Part shown: positions 36,227 to 48,861 of the stretch, one piece after another | Position numbering within the stretch: the stretch's first letter is position 1 | Layout of the letters: each line of letters opens with the position of its first letter | Assembly: GCF_011386835.1 (NCBI RefSeq) | Contig: NC_088792.1 | Coordinates: forward strand, 135,966,001 to 136,030,000 | Reading direction: 5' to 3' | Length of the DNA stretch: 64,000 bases | Origin: Chrysemys picta bellii | Taxonomy: Eukaryota | Program-made: the position numbers and the translations under genes | Notes under the pieces: model-generated | What the model was told of the DNA's origin: nothing | The model's input: only the letters and a program-made list of their open reading frames with translations | The model's database searches: none

Positions 36227-39200
36227 GTGGCATGAACAAGATCAAATTGATCTGGATCTTCATTCATAATGAACTAAATATTTGTGAACACTTGTTTTGC
36301 AATAATTATCCAGCTCTACTCAACACATAGATCAGAAACTTGCTTACACCAATGCACCCTGCCAAATATATATATCCAATATTAGTCATAACCCTGAGGA
36401 ACAACATTCACCATATACGGCACGCAGACCTGTGCACAGACCTGAGCACAGACCATCTTCCAGTTCATCATCCTTTTATAGGTGAGAGACGTGTACACCT
36501 TGCCTCTTACTCACATATATACATTCTTTTCTAACTTCCTGTTATTGTCAACATATCACAACATATCACTTCAGACCTTCTGTACACAATTCAGAGAAAG
36601 AGTTCCTTTCCCACGGTAACATTTCATTATAAGATCTGTCTATCCTCCTTGGCTTCCCTCTATGGGCTAGTAACCTCACCATCCATATTTACTAGCTCAA
36701 AGTGAGTCAAAGAAAAAATATCAGGTTGCAACAGTTATGCTCACTATCTTATATGTTGCTCAGCGCCACTGTAACTAGATACTGTACAATAATTAAAAAC
36801 ACGCAGAGTTCAAAACTCAAACAGTCCCAGCCCTTCATTTATCCTAGAATAAGCAACCAAAACATAAAACAGAAATAAAAAGCAAGAAAGTTTAAACAAC
36901 TAATTGCTGTGTGATATGAAACCCACCAAACCGAGGTGGGATGAACAATCAGGTGGGATATTTCCAAAGGTGGCTTCAGCTGAAGATCCCATCTCAGCAA
37001 TATCTGAAAATCAAGACTAAGACACTGATAGCTTCAGTAGACCTCAGCTCTTGTGGACCTTGCTGTGACGAATTCCCAGATACAAATCCCAAACGCTGTC
37101 CTACTCTAGATCTTCATCTAAATACTACCCCCTTCAGATCACTTTGGTCCAGAACTTACAACATTTTTAGGTGCCTATTTTCAATGGAAGTTAGACACCT
37201 AAATACTTTGAGGATCAGCATCCGTGTCACACTCCCCATCAGTACCTGGCCCAGGCTGGGAAAGCTAATGATCCAACCAGTGGACCAAATTTGATTATGA
37301 ATCCTGGACATGTGGCACCTGAGGTACATTGCATATATACTAGTAAGAAGAGGATCTGGGCCACATGGAGGATTTAGTTATGTCTTGTTCCCTCCAGTGT
37401 TTGATTCCCCCCATTCTTCCTGACACAGGTTCCAGACAAACGGTAAACCACTACCAAGAGTTTCCCTCCATCGTTTCTGCATATTATAGAGCTCATTAAA
37501 TAAACTGAATTTAAAATTAAGTAGTTGAAATGTATTTTCTTGCATGTTTTTGCCTAGGTCCGTACAACACTGCTGAAAGAATTGGGTAGCTTTGATAATC
37601 TCAGTCTTGGGGGATCTGGAAGTCACATTCTCATTCATTTTAATTGGAATTGAGTGTCCAAGTCCCTCAGGCAAGTTTGCAAATCTCATTCTAAAAACAC
37701 TGCAATATTCTGCTCTTCTGAAGTATAAAACTGCAAGATACCATGTTTGCTGCTGGTACGTGCTGGTTTTCATGTTAGTTCTGAATGAGATCTTAATATC
37801 TGTAAGAGCAGATGGTGTAGTTCATATTACTCAAACTAACTGAAAAAGAAAAGTTTTTCCCTGTTATTTCTGTGATCACATCGTATACTCCGAGGAACTG
37901 AATCTAGAAGTGACAGGTCAGGAAAGCCAACAGGAGAGCTCTACATCAATAGAAGCTAATAAATCAAAAGGGAAGTAAGGGAAGCAGAAAGTAGTTTAAA
38001 ACATATGGATGCCTCTACTGGGAAATCTTTATAATAGAACACTGGCTTGATGGTGCCTTGTAAATGCATAACAGAACAGCTCAACAGGAAATAAGAAGAA
38101 ATACAAAGTACAGCTGAGTCATATGGAAAATAACTCACAGTTATCTCTGAGTATTTGGCATATCCAGATGAAGATAATGGTCATCTATGTCAGATAATCC
38201 TACATAATTTGCTGCTTTCTCTTCCAATTTTGCCCTCAGCTCACCCATGCTATAGGACTGGCTTCAACAGGTAGCTGAGTGTAAAATTTAGCTATTAGAA
38301 TTCATTCCATTATCCAAGAAAACTGAAGAATACAGAATTCTCATCTAGAGGGAAGGAAGTCATTGCACAGTGTTCTTTATCTGTTGAAACAGGCCACTTG
38401 AAGTTTAACCCCCTGAAGTTTATTTCTTCCACTCACTCACTTTATAGCTTTTCTCCATTAACCTGTCTGTCTATGCCTCATTTATACAATAGGTATAATA
38501 GTTCTTCTTGTTCCTACTGGAATGTTGCAAGTATTAAGATAAAAGTATATAAGGCTTTGCATCTGCCACAAGAAAAGCAATACCTGTTTAATTCACAGGA
38601 CTGCTCTGTCCAAGTAACTGAATTGCTTCCAGCCTAACGTCCCATATTTTCTGATCCACTGGTGACCCATCAACAACAGTCACACCAGGCACATGGGCCC
38701 CCTGATTCCAGGTCCACTGATCCGGATATAATACCTAGTTAAGTGAAAAGTACTATTATCCTAGATTTTGCTGATTGTTAAAAAGGTAATTCAAATAGTA
38801 GGCTCAACGGTTTATCCTGCATACAATATTACCAGTAAGGTCAACTCCTAATGTAGACAACATTTCTTGGATTCACACTTGGCTGATCCATTCTGTAGTT
38901 AAGTGCTGAAGAATGCTGTTACTGCTGCTAATGACTCAGTCAGCAGCAAAAGTCTTTGCTGTCCCTAGGCCACACAAAATATTAAGACAAAGTACCCCAA
39001 CATTTTACATAAATATTTAATGCCTAATACACTAGCAACCGCTTTGCCAAGTTCATATACCAAACAGTAAACGTGTAAACATCTACTTTAATACATGGCC
39101 TAACTGTAATTTACAGCCTCTGGTTCAGGCCTCAAATTTTGCAACAGGCCTAGTGCTCAAGGCTCTCTTTCTCTACTATGTATTCAATGTAAGCCAAGCT

Positions 39201-39965
39201 GTGATGGGAGAACATAAGTATGGAGTTTTCTCTGGTTGAATATCAACACATTGTGCCAATTGAGGCTCTCTACAGATGCTCAAGGATTTTCAGGCTTTAA
39301 CATTTGATTTGAACCTATTACTTTGTTGATATACAAAAGCTTATAGTGAAACATTCAGTCCATTATTGGTTGAGAATGTCAGTGCCTCCCAACTATGGCT
39401 GTTAAGCTCATGTTAAAAAAAAAAAATCAAGTCTTGCCCTTGACAGACTTCAGCACCCACTCCCTGAACTCTCTTTTCTGGAGAAGCTGTAGCAATATCT
39501 AGAATCTTCTCAGTTCTTCAAGACTATTAGGGATCTAGAAAAATATCATTTTCTGGCAATGGACAAAGATAAAACTTATTTTAGATTAGTCAGTTGCCCT
39601 TGATACTGGTTGTCACGGGGTGTTGCTGTCATGACTGCAGCAGACTGTAGCAAGGACAGATGGAGTTACAATGGAGTGTCCCTGGGTGCTAAAACCAGTA
39701 TTATTAGGCAATCTCCCTTCTGCTGTGAGAGCTCTGTGGTTTACTATATTAAATTATCCTTCCTCCCCTCCTGTTCAATGTATAGGTGAGTCAATTAAGG
39801 GAGCTAGTAACAGGTGTTGCAGTCAATGTGAAATATAATAATCAGGACCAGAGCTCTGTCTGCATCTCAGACTCAGGGTATGTCTATGCTACAATCAGAG
39901 GGTATGATTGTGCAGTTTGTGGAGATGTATTTCGGCTAGCTAGATCACTGCTGGTACAGTGAAGA

Positions 39966-41214
39966 TGTTGTAGGAGTAGGATTTTATATTTGTATTAGAG
40001 GTTATAATGATTGACGGTTATAATAATGTAGTATGTATTAAATGTATTAATGTATTATTTGATCATCCTGCCAGCCCCCTGTTTTGATTTCAAGGCAAGG
40101 ACAGACCAGAACGATCCTTATGACTGATTATGGTCACCCTTTTGTTTTAGGATAAGTTATAATGTCTACTATGGTTTCCTATATGTATTATAAATTAGGC
40201 ACTCTAGTTAAATATACATTTCTTTGTTTTAAGGCTTAGTAAGAAAGAGACGGGATCTTGTATTGTGTCTATAGTAATGAGATTAGAGGAATGTTAAAGG
40301 CCCGGGCCACAATGTGAACTGTTTTGATTACAAGATTTAGTAAGGTTTAATTTACAATGCCTTTTTTGCTCAACATAAAAACTGCTGTATACCTTTGAAG
40401 GTCTCTGTAAAAGACTGTTTGTGTGAATGAGGAATGTATGCGTCAGGAAAAGATAAGGTGTGAAGGCCATTGTTATGGTCAAGGAAGAAGGAGTGAAGAG
40501 ACTTGACACCAGAGAACCATCAACACGCATCCATAATTAAGAAAGGGCAGATTGACCACCCTGAGGTGGAGGCTGGCCAGAGGCGTAGCGAGCGCCCTCC
40601 ATACCCTCCAACCGGAGGGGGCCCCACAAGGAAGGGGGCCCCTAAAAGTGGCAAAATAAATACCGCATTCCAGTTTCTGCATTGTAAGGGGCCCCGCCCG
40701 GACATGTGTTCGGAGGGGGCCATGTTCGGAGGGGGCCACGTTCTTTGTTGCTACGGCCCTGAGGCTGGCACCCCTAAAGACAAGACAATTGATTAAATCA
40801 AAAACAGGACAGGATGACCCTATCAGAGATGTTTTGGAATGTTAACATCAAAAGATACTCCTTAATTGGTGTTAACCAGTCATAAACTGACACAGCAAAA
40901 TCCATAGACTTTAACGAAGAGAAAGGACTATAAGAACAGGGTGCTTTGCCATGAAGCTTTGGGTTCATCTTGACACAACTCCAGGAGCATCAGATCGCGA
41001 CTGACAGAGCCTGGCTTCCCTCTGCGACCAATCTGGCTGACCACTAGATTGATCCAGACTCTGGACTGGTAACTATAAATATCAACTGGCAGGACTGTGG
41101 GCATGGTGTGTGTGTGTGACTGAAAAGCATATGCTAACTGCTGTATTCTCAATAAATGCGGCGTATTGCCTTTTTCCCTGAAAAAGATCCCATGTGCTTC
41201 TTATAAGCATAACA
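39966..41214 (+). mobile_element. Solo LTR (ERV-like) containing a hAT MITE
   Basis: Termini are TGTTG...ATAACA, with AATAAA near 41151. Flanks AAGA/AAGT form a degenerate 4-bp TSD. Confidence 0.7.
40578..40761. mobile_element. hAT-superfamily MITE
   Basis: TIR CAGAGGCGTAGC...GCTACGGCCCTG with a perfect 8-bp TSD AGGCTGGC (40570-40577, 40762-40769). It has an internal tandem ATGTTCGGAGGGGGCC x2. Confidence 0.9.
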
Positions 41215-41569
41215 AAGTGGCAACACATGCTTCAGCACAGGCCATACAAGCTTGGCCAGAATCCGGGGTAATTACTTCATTCAGCTAACCACCCTGCCGC
41301 AGCTTCACTGTTCTGGTAGGTCTACATGTGCTGCAATTACACCCTGTGATTGCATGGTAGACATACATTCAGATGAAATAACCAGTCAGTTTCTTCAGTG
41401 TCTGCCAGAGACTTCAGATGAAAGGATAGTTAGCTGGGTGAAGCTCAAGCCATAAAACACATAAGGTGATATCTTGCAAGTTGGAGGACACACTAGAGAA
41501 GACAACAGAAGTAACAGCATAATGTTTGGCTGCCTCTTGTTACTAAGGTTAACACTGGAAATTATGTTA

Positions 41570-41854
41570 GGCTACATCTACACTACAGGGGGGAGTCGAT
41601 TTAAGATACGCAAATTCAGCTACGTGAATAGCGTAGCTGAATTCGACGTATCGCAGCCGACTTACCCCGCTGTGAGGACAGCGGCAAAATCGACCTCTGC
41701 GGCTTCCTGTCGACGGCGCTTACTCCCACCTCCGCTGGTGGAGTAAGAGCGTCGATTCGGGGATCGATTGTCGCGTCCCATCGGGACGCGATAAATTGAT
41801 CCCCGAGAGGTCGATTTCTACCCGCCGATTCAGGCGGGTAGTGTAGACCTAGCC
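41570..41854. mobile_element. PIF/Harbinger-type MITE (young, CpG-rich)
   Basis: TIR GGCTACATCTACACTAC...GTAGTGTAGACCTAGCC with TSD TTA. Confidence 0.9.
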
Positions 41855-43082
41855 TTAGAGCCTTGACTGCTTCTGGATGGTCAAGAAAGTAGCATTAGCC
41901 AAAATATTTTCCTCCCCTCCCACATCATCTGGCTGAAAGTCTGTGGCATTCCTTAAAGATACAGATATCTCCCTAGTCACCAGTGCCTTTTACACTCCAA
42001 ACTAGATCACTGCAATCCACTTTGCCTGGGGCTATATTTGAAGATCATATGATCACTTAAGTTAGTGCTGTCCCCATGTATCTACTTATTACACATGCAT
42101 GCTAGTCTCCAAAGGCTTCCAATTTGTTTCAGAACACAATTGAGGATGTTGGTTTTGACCTTTAAAAGATGAAAAACTTTTCAAATGCAAAGCAATAGAC
42201 CTTAAATGACTGGATAGTTCTGTACTTCAAATACTGGCTTTTCACCTGTGCAGTGAGGCCCTGTATGTAAAAAAGTTCCATGTTATTTACTATAGATCAA
42301 ACTCATTTGGACTTTTAAATCCAAGCTATCCTGTACAGTCCTCTACAACACAGAAGAAAAACCCACTCCTCTTACTCCCAAATATATAGAAACACACTTT
42401 GCTGAGATCAGCTACTACTAGAAGTCTCTTTGGATAAAAGCTGAAATTATCACCTGCACAATGGATTGAAATCACTTGCTGTTGAATGCACCACACATAT
42501 ACACACAGAGTGTTGTGAACAAATACAAGATTTTACCTTCCAGTATTGTTCATCTCTTGACCTTTGTGGTCATAAACGTTCAATTATAAGGGGAAAATAG
42601 AAAAGAAGTATGAGCATTTTGAATGGTTCCTCAATGACATCAAAGTATAACTCATGATACTAATTTATTTTTCATTTACTGTTTGTCATAATCTTATGAT
42701 CTGCAGCTGACTTTAGCCAGCTGAAAGCAGCAGAATCAGAGACGATGGCAATAGAGCCTGCCATCTCTCACAAGAGACATATACACCTTTATCAGCTGCA
42801 TGTGGCTTTGATTCAAGTGATATCGGTTGAAATATAATGATATGCGGGAGCAGCAAAATGGCATTTTCAGTTCCATAGCAAACAAAGCTACATCTCAAGA
42901 CATTCCAAGATATGATTATTGTTGAGTGCAAACTTCCCAGTTTTTAATGTCTTCCCAAACTTCCAGGAGATAGTCTGGCTAGAACCAAAGCATTAAACTT
43001 TTGAATAAAAATAGTTAGAGAGAGAAAATAAGTTTACCTTCATAAAAAGTGCATTAATGGCTACTCATAGATAGCACAGAGA

Positions 43083-43325
43083 TGTTGGGGAGTACCCCCT
43101 ACACAGATGGTGAAGGGGTTACTGTGGGCCTGAGAGGCCAGTTATGCTATCTGCCTGCACCTTAATTACAGATAAAGTCCAGCTGGGGAAGGGGAAGGGT
43201 GGTGATTAGGATGACAGAACATTTAAAGCAAAAGGGGACTGGCTGAGCAGGCCAGGCTATGCAGGCTCGGAGAGGCTGAAGCTGGGTCTTGGAACTCAGG
43301 GGTGGCTTGGCCTGGTGGACAGACA
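43083..43325 (+). mobile_element. LTR 5' fragment
   Basis: It begins TGTTGGGGAGTACCCCC and has the GC-rich LTR-like composition seen in other turtle LTR starts. It is truncated where the LINE ORF1 begins. Confidence 0.4.
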
Positions 43326-43329
43326 AACA

Positions 43330-46005
43330 GAGTGGGAAATAGAGGAAAAGGTTGGAAGTTATGTTGGAAAGTAAGGAAGAAGCAGAAAGGGATGAAGAAT
43401 GGCTTCAGATTAGAAAAGAATAAAAAAAGAACAGAAATATCTGTATATGAAGAAGAGGGAGCAGACAAGGATGGAAAAAAGTGTACGGAAAAGGATTGAT
43501 ATCTTATAATTGTCAAATCACTAGCTGAAGATGTAAAGATAGAAGTTAATCCCTTGAAAAACAGCAGAATGGACTAGGCAAAGTATCAGAAATATTAAGA
43601 ACTAAAAGTATACAGGGTGGAGATTTTTTAGTAAAATGTACACCTAAGGAACAGGCTACGAAACTTCTTAAAACTACAAATTTCAGGAAAATAATGTAAT
43701 TTGCAAGTGACCTAAATTTATGACCGAAGCAAAAGGGATAATATATGGGGTTCCATTAGGCATGACTAAGGATTAAAATTAACAGGGGTATAGGTGAGGA
43801 TGAAGTGCTGTCTGCTAAGACACTGATTAGCAGGAGAGGGGGAGAACACAAATCATCAACAATTGTCCGAGTAACATTGAAAGATGAGATGCTACCCGGT
43901 AGGGTTAAAATAGGATATGAACTATTCTGGGATAAACCATATATCCCAGCCCCTTTGAGATGTTATATATGACAATTTTAAGTGAAGGTAATAATGCAGT
44001 TTAAACAACATGGTTCTAATGATCTTTTGCTGGAACTGACATAGTTTAATAACATACGGTCAGGAATTAAAGAAAACTGTTTTTGAAGTGAAAAACAAAC
44101 CTGATGTGATATGTGTAGAACATGGTTATTGAGAAAACTTATGCTTAGGCTTCCAAAATATGATATAATCAGAAGTGACAGAGAAATAACAAGAGGAGGA
44201 GGAGTCTGTATATTTATAAAGGAAGGTCTACCTTACATTGAAATAGCTGTACAGAACTTAAGTTTTCAGTACAACACACTTGAGATTCCTGTGCAGAATA
44301 ATAGCATCTTTCTACGAATCTGTAATGTTTACAGCCATGTAAAAAACTAGACAGACAATCCAGAATTCGAAGAGTTACTTAAAGGTATCAAAGGCCTGTA
44401 CATTATTTGTGGAGACTTTAATTGCTGTAATGAATTATGGAAAAGCAGGAAAACTGATTATAATGCTAAATGCCTGGAACAGTTCCCTGACATGCACAAC
44501 CTGGTATTGCTCAGTACTGGTGCACCTATTAGGTTTTATTCGGTGAATGGAATATTTTCATGATCAGATCTGGGAATTGCAACAAGCAATATTGCAAGTA
44601 AATGCAGCTGGGAAATCTATAAAGAAGATGGATTGGGCAGTGACCATTTCCCTCTTCTAATTACATATCAAGGCCAAGGTAATGCTGGAAACACTGAAGG
44701 AATTCCTACCTGGAATCCCTACCTTAGAAGAGCAAACTGGGGACTTTAAAAGTAAGTGTGTTGAGTATCTAAGTACCAATTGTATAAGTGATAATCTAGA
44801 GGAATTTCACGAGAATATAATCAAGGGAATTGTAACAGCAGCCAACCTAGCTATATGTAAGACATCAAATTGTCACAAACTCAGAAATACAATTCCCTGA
44901 TGGAATTAAAATTGTAACGCAGCAATTAAGAAAGAAAGAAGGCATCAAACAAGCAGAAAGTACAATGAATAGCAAGGACTTAATGAACTATAAGAAATGT
45001 AAAGCATTGGCACAAAGAATTATTAAAAAGGCAAAGAAACAGGGGTTGGCACCACCATGTTGCGCGACGGACACTTGACAAAATTACCATACTTAGTGAC
45101 GGACATTAGAGGGTGGGGGTTAATGTCATTCAGTCATTCAATTTTTTGAAAAATTACCATGGACCTCAGACTTTTTACCACGGACACTTGTGTCCGTGTA
45201 CAGACACATTGCTGACCCCTACAAAGAAACAGTTGGAGAAAGTACTATGAGAAACTAAACAAAGATTCTGAGGTTTCAGAATATATAAACAAGCTTAAAA
45301 AAGAATTGGATATGGCATAAAAACAAATTTATGCCTGGTCTTATAATAAAAGATTAAATTGAAAGTTCTAATTTAGGAAAAGAAGACATTTTAGCAAAAA
45401 AGTTCCAAAAAGTTAGTAGTGATACAAATTAAAGAGTTTTTGTGAACAAAAAGGGAATATTTGCTAAAGAAAACTGTGAACTCTTACATGGCTGGGTAGA
45501 ATATAAAGATGATGAACTGAATAAAAATTTCAGCATACAGGAACTTAAAAAAAGATATTGACAATAGTAAACATTCAGCCACAGGTAAAGACAGGTAATA
45601 CAATGCTTAAGCACCTCCCTGAAGGGAGTTTAAGAGTTTTATTGAAGTTATATAATAGTATTCCCTTTTCCCATATATTGTCTGAGTGGAAGCAAGCGAT
45701 GGTTATACAGATAGGAAAACCTGGCAAATTATGCACAAGGTCTGATGTGTGTAGATCTATTTCCATCCCATTATGTTTGGGCAAAATTAGAGAAAGAATT
45801 TTAAGTGATGGACCCATACACTTCAGTGTAGGGGCAACTTTGTTGAATATTTATACATATTTATATAAATATAAATATAATGGCACTCGACAGGGGAATG
45901 TTATCAGCCCAACCCGGTTCTACATTATGAATAATGATCTCCCAGAGAGTTTACGGGCAGGACTAGGTACTACCCTATTTGCAGATGACCGTGCTATGTG
46001 ATCCA
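43330..46005 (+). mobile_element. Decayed I/Nimb-clade LINE: ORF1 (about 43330-43980) and ORF2 APE plus RT remnants (from ATG 44010)
   Basis: ORF1 reads EAKGIIYGVPLG...VRVTLKDEMLPGRVKIGYELFWDKPYIPAPLRCY. ORF2 reads MVLMIFCWN*HSLITYGQELK, PDVICV.ETW, RGGGVCIFIK, IICGDFNC and GSDHFPLLIT (APE), then EWKQAMVIQIGKPGK, GTRQGNVISPTRF and LFADDRAMW (RT). Many stops, frameshifts and deletions are present. Confidence 0.8.
45040..45221. mobile_element. hAT-superfamily MITE inserted in the Nimb-like ORF2
   Basis: TIR CAGGGGTTGGCA...TGCTGACCCCTA with a perfect 8-bp TSD CAAAGAAA (45032-45039, 45222-45229). Confidence 0.88.
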
Positions 46006-46351
46006 AAGATAGAAGCTCTTCCAGACAACTGCTTCAGCTGTCTTATAAGGAACCTGCTGCTTATGGTTTCCTCCCCATGCCAGGTGTTTCTGGTTAGCTC
46101 ATTTAGCAAGCCTGTTCCAGGCTTCAAGGCTCCTGCAGGTAGCGCTCTCACTCCCTCTTATTCTCTTTGATCTCTCAAACTCACACATATCCCCACCACA
46201 CTCCTTGAGAGGTCATTCACCGAGTGACTCACCTTCTTCATGCATCCTGGACAGAAAGTCTGCATTCTGTTGGTTCTTGATGGGATGATGCTGTATATTA
46301 AAACAAAAGGTCTATAAGGCAAAATACCAGTGGGTAACCCAGGCATTGCAT

Positions 46352-47305
46352 ACAGAGCCAGACGTGTACCCAGAAGCCTCCTGCTACAAGACAGGCCCAG
46401 AAGAGAAACCAACAGAACTCCACTGGCCATCACCTACAGTCCTCAGCTTAAACCTCTCCAACGCATCATCAGTGATCTACAACCCATCCTGGACAATGAT
46501 CCCTCACTTTCACAGACCTTGGGAGGCAGGCCAGTCCTCGCCCACAGACAACCTGCCAACCTCAAGCATATTCTCACCAGCAACCACGCACCGCACCATA
46601 ACAACTCTAACTCAGGAACCAACCCATGCAACAAACCTCGATGACAACTCTGCCCACATATCTACACCAGCAACACCATCACTGGACCTAACCAGATCAG
46701 CTACAACATCACCGACTCATTCACCTGCACGTCCACCAATGTTATATATGCCATCATATGCCAGCAATGCCCCTCTGCTATGTACATTGGCCAAACTGGA
46801 CAGTCACTACGCAAGAGGATAAATGGACACAAGTCAGATATCAGGAATGGCAATATACAAAAACCTGTAGGAGAACACTTCAACCTCCCTGGCCACACAA
46901 TAGCAGATGTAAAGGTAGCCATCTTACAGCAAAAAAACTTCAGGACCAGACTCCAAAGAGAAACTGCTGAGCTCCAGTTCATTTGCAAATTTGACACCAT
47001 CAGATCAGGATTAAACAAAGACTGTGAATGGCTATCCAACTACAGAAACAGTTTCTCCTCCCTTGGTGTTCACACCTCAACTGCTAGCAGAGCACCTCAC
47101 CCTCCCTGATTGAACTAACCTCGTTATCTCCACACTGATATATACCTGCCTCTGGAGATTTCCATTACTTGCATCTGAAGAAGTGAGGTTCTTACCCACG
47201 AAAGCTTATGCTCCCAGTACTTCTGTTAGTCTCAAAGGTGCCACAGGACCCTCTGTTGCTTTTTACAGATTCAGACTAACACGGCTACCCCTCTGATACT
47301 TGACA
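46352..47305 (+). mobile_element. 5'-truncated Penelope-like element: RT-EN linker, GIY-YIG endonuclease, 3' pseudo-LTR
   Basis: Translation is RTPLAITYSPQLKPLQRII...PCNKPR*QLCPHIY...FTCTSTNVIYAIICQQCPSAMYIGQTGQSLRKRINGHKSDIR...RETAELQFICKFDT, with one premature stop at about 46642. A candidate TSD CCAGGCATT lies at 46339-46347 and 47306-47314. Confidence 0.92.
47171..47211 (+). ncRNA. Minimal type I hammerhead-ribozyme-like motif in the PLE pseudo-LTR
   Basis: GCAT-CTGAAGA-A-GTGAG..CCCAC-GAAA-GCTT-ATGC contains the CUGANGA and GAAA cores, stem I GCAU/AUGC, stem II with one mismatch, and palindromic AAGCUU replacing stem III. Confidence 0.7.
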
Positions 47306-48434
47306 CCAGGCATTTGAATCTTTCATTCTCTGGAGCCATCAAAGTGTTGCATGGTCTTTGTATTAACTGGGACTTCAACCACTCCAGGATGGGATAGGAC
47401 TTTTGACTGAGCTGGAGCCCTTATTTTAAATGAAACTGGTGGATCCCGAGTGAGGTTTGTCCTGGAAATGGGGAAAAATACATCTTGGTATCTCCGCACC
47501 AGAGTGTCTAATTGCTTTCTCTGTTGAATGGATAACCCACCCCCAAGTAGGACCCCCTTAATTCCTACCTCAATTGAGTCCATGCAAAAAAACTCAAAAC
47601 TGACCGAGCCTATCCACTGAAGGACCTCATAGGGGCCCTGCCATTTGGCTCGGAGTTTGCTCTCTGAGCTAGAGAGCAATAGGAGGACTTGGTCACCCTT
47701 ATCCTGGATCCCCCATTATACCGCTGGGCCTGGCTCTGTTGGGCCTAGAACAGGTTGGCCAAAATGAAATGACCAAAGTACTCCAGCATCTCTCTTATTT
47801 GCTCGATACAGAGAAGGACATTCGATGAGCAGGTAGGCTGGGTACAGTACAACAGTAATTGAACCCTGTTTTTTGTCCCAAATAACTTTCTCAGCATTGA
47901 CTTAACATTCTTATTAAACTATTCCACTAGGCCATCAGTCTGAGGATAATGGACAAATGTGGGACCACTCCAGACCTTGAAGAGGGACCAGACTTGATGA
48001 AGCACTTGAGACAAAGTTTGTCCCCTGATCCATGATAATCTCCAAGGGGAGACCAACCCTGGAAAGGATTTGCCGTATCTCCTGTGCAAGGGTGGAAGCA
48101 AAGATGTTCCCCAAGGGAATGGCCTCTGGGTACCTTATGGCATAGTCAACTAGCACTAAAATAAATGTGTGGTTCAGGGAACTTTTCCCAAGGGGGCCTA
48201 CTATGTCAATCTCCACCCTTTCAAATAGAGGGGAGGGGAATTAAGGAAGCACATCCTTTAAGTGCTACCTTCTGGCAATGGGCAAGATAGACAAAAATTT
48301 GCTACTTCCCAAAATATGTCCTGCCAAAAGAATCAGGCCAGTAGCCTTTCAAGCGTCTTTGCCTTACCTAGATGTGCAGCCATTGGGATGGAGTGTGCTA
48401 TTCTCAACATTTCTCATCGAGTGGGTTTTGGAAC

Positions 48435-48861
48435 TGTCGGAGAAAAACAGAGTTCTCACTCTAAGGTTGGGTGCAGCAAGTCAGATACTTTATTATCTCT
48501 AGCAATTGCATGGAGGGAGAGAGCTAAACAGGTCTGTCTCCAGGTAAACAATTTATACCTTTGCATTTATACCTTTGTTACATACAATAGCGAGCAACAG
48601 CTGCATTTTGTTTATACATAGGTCATCCTGATATCTTATTTTTTCACCTCTATTTAGACTATAGTCTGTATTCCATACTTATCTAACACAAGGTCACAAC
48701 AACTTCTCACACAGTTCTTTCCCACTCGCCTCACACAATCCTCGCTTCTACAAATCTCACGTTATTAGGGGTACAGCTAGCCTGACTCTTGCTCACATAA
48801 GGGGACTGTTTGACTATGAAATCCCCTTCAAATCCCTGTCAGTTCTTTCTCTACTTCCACA
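48435..48861 (-). mobile_element. Solo LTR (ERV-like) inserted in the Gmr1-like element
   Basis: Termini are TGTCG...TCCACA, with a perfect TSD GAAC (48431-48434, 48862-48865). It is homologous to 3715-4162. Confidence 0.88.

Larger units (their letters stand above)
39876..41368. mobile_element. Old Harbinger-type MITE split by an LTR insertion
   Basis: Ends are GGGTATGTCTA...GTAGACATACAT, with TCA on both flanks (39873-39875, 41369-41371). Confidence 0.6.

Noticed and set aside
36300-37120. Possible LINE 5' region or ERV leader on the minus strand
   Set aside because: No diagnostic protein motif, TSD or terminus was found, so it is left unclassified.
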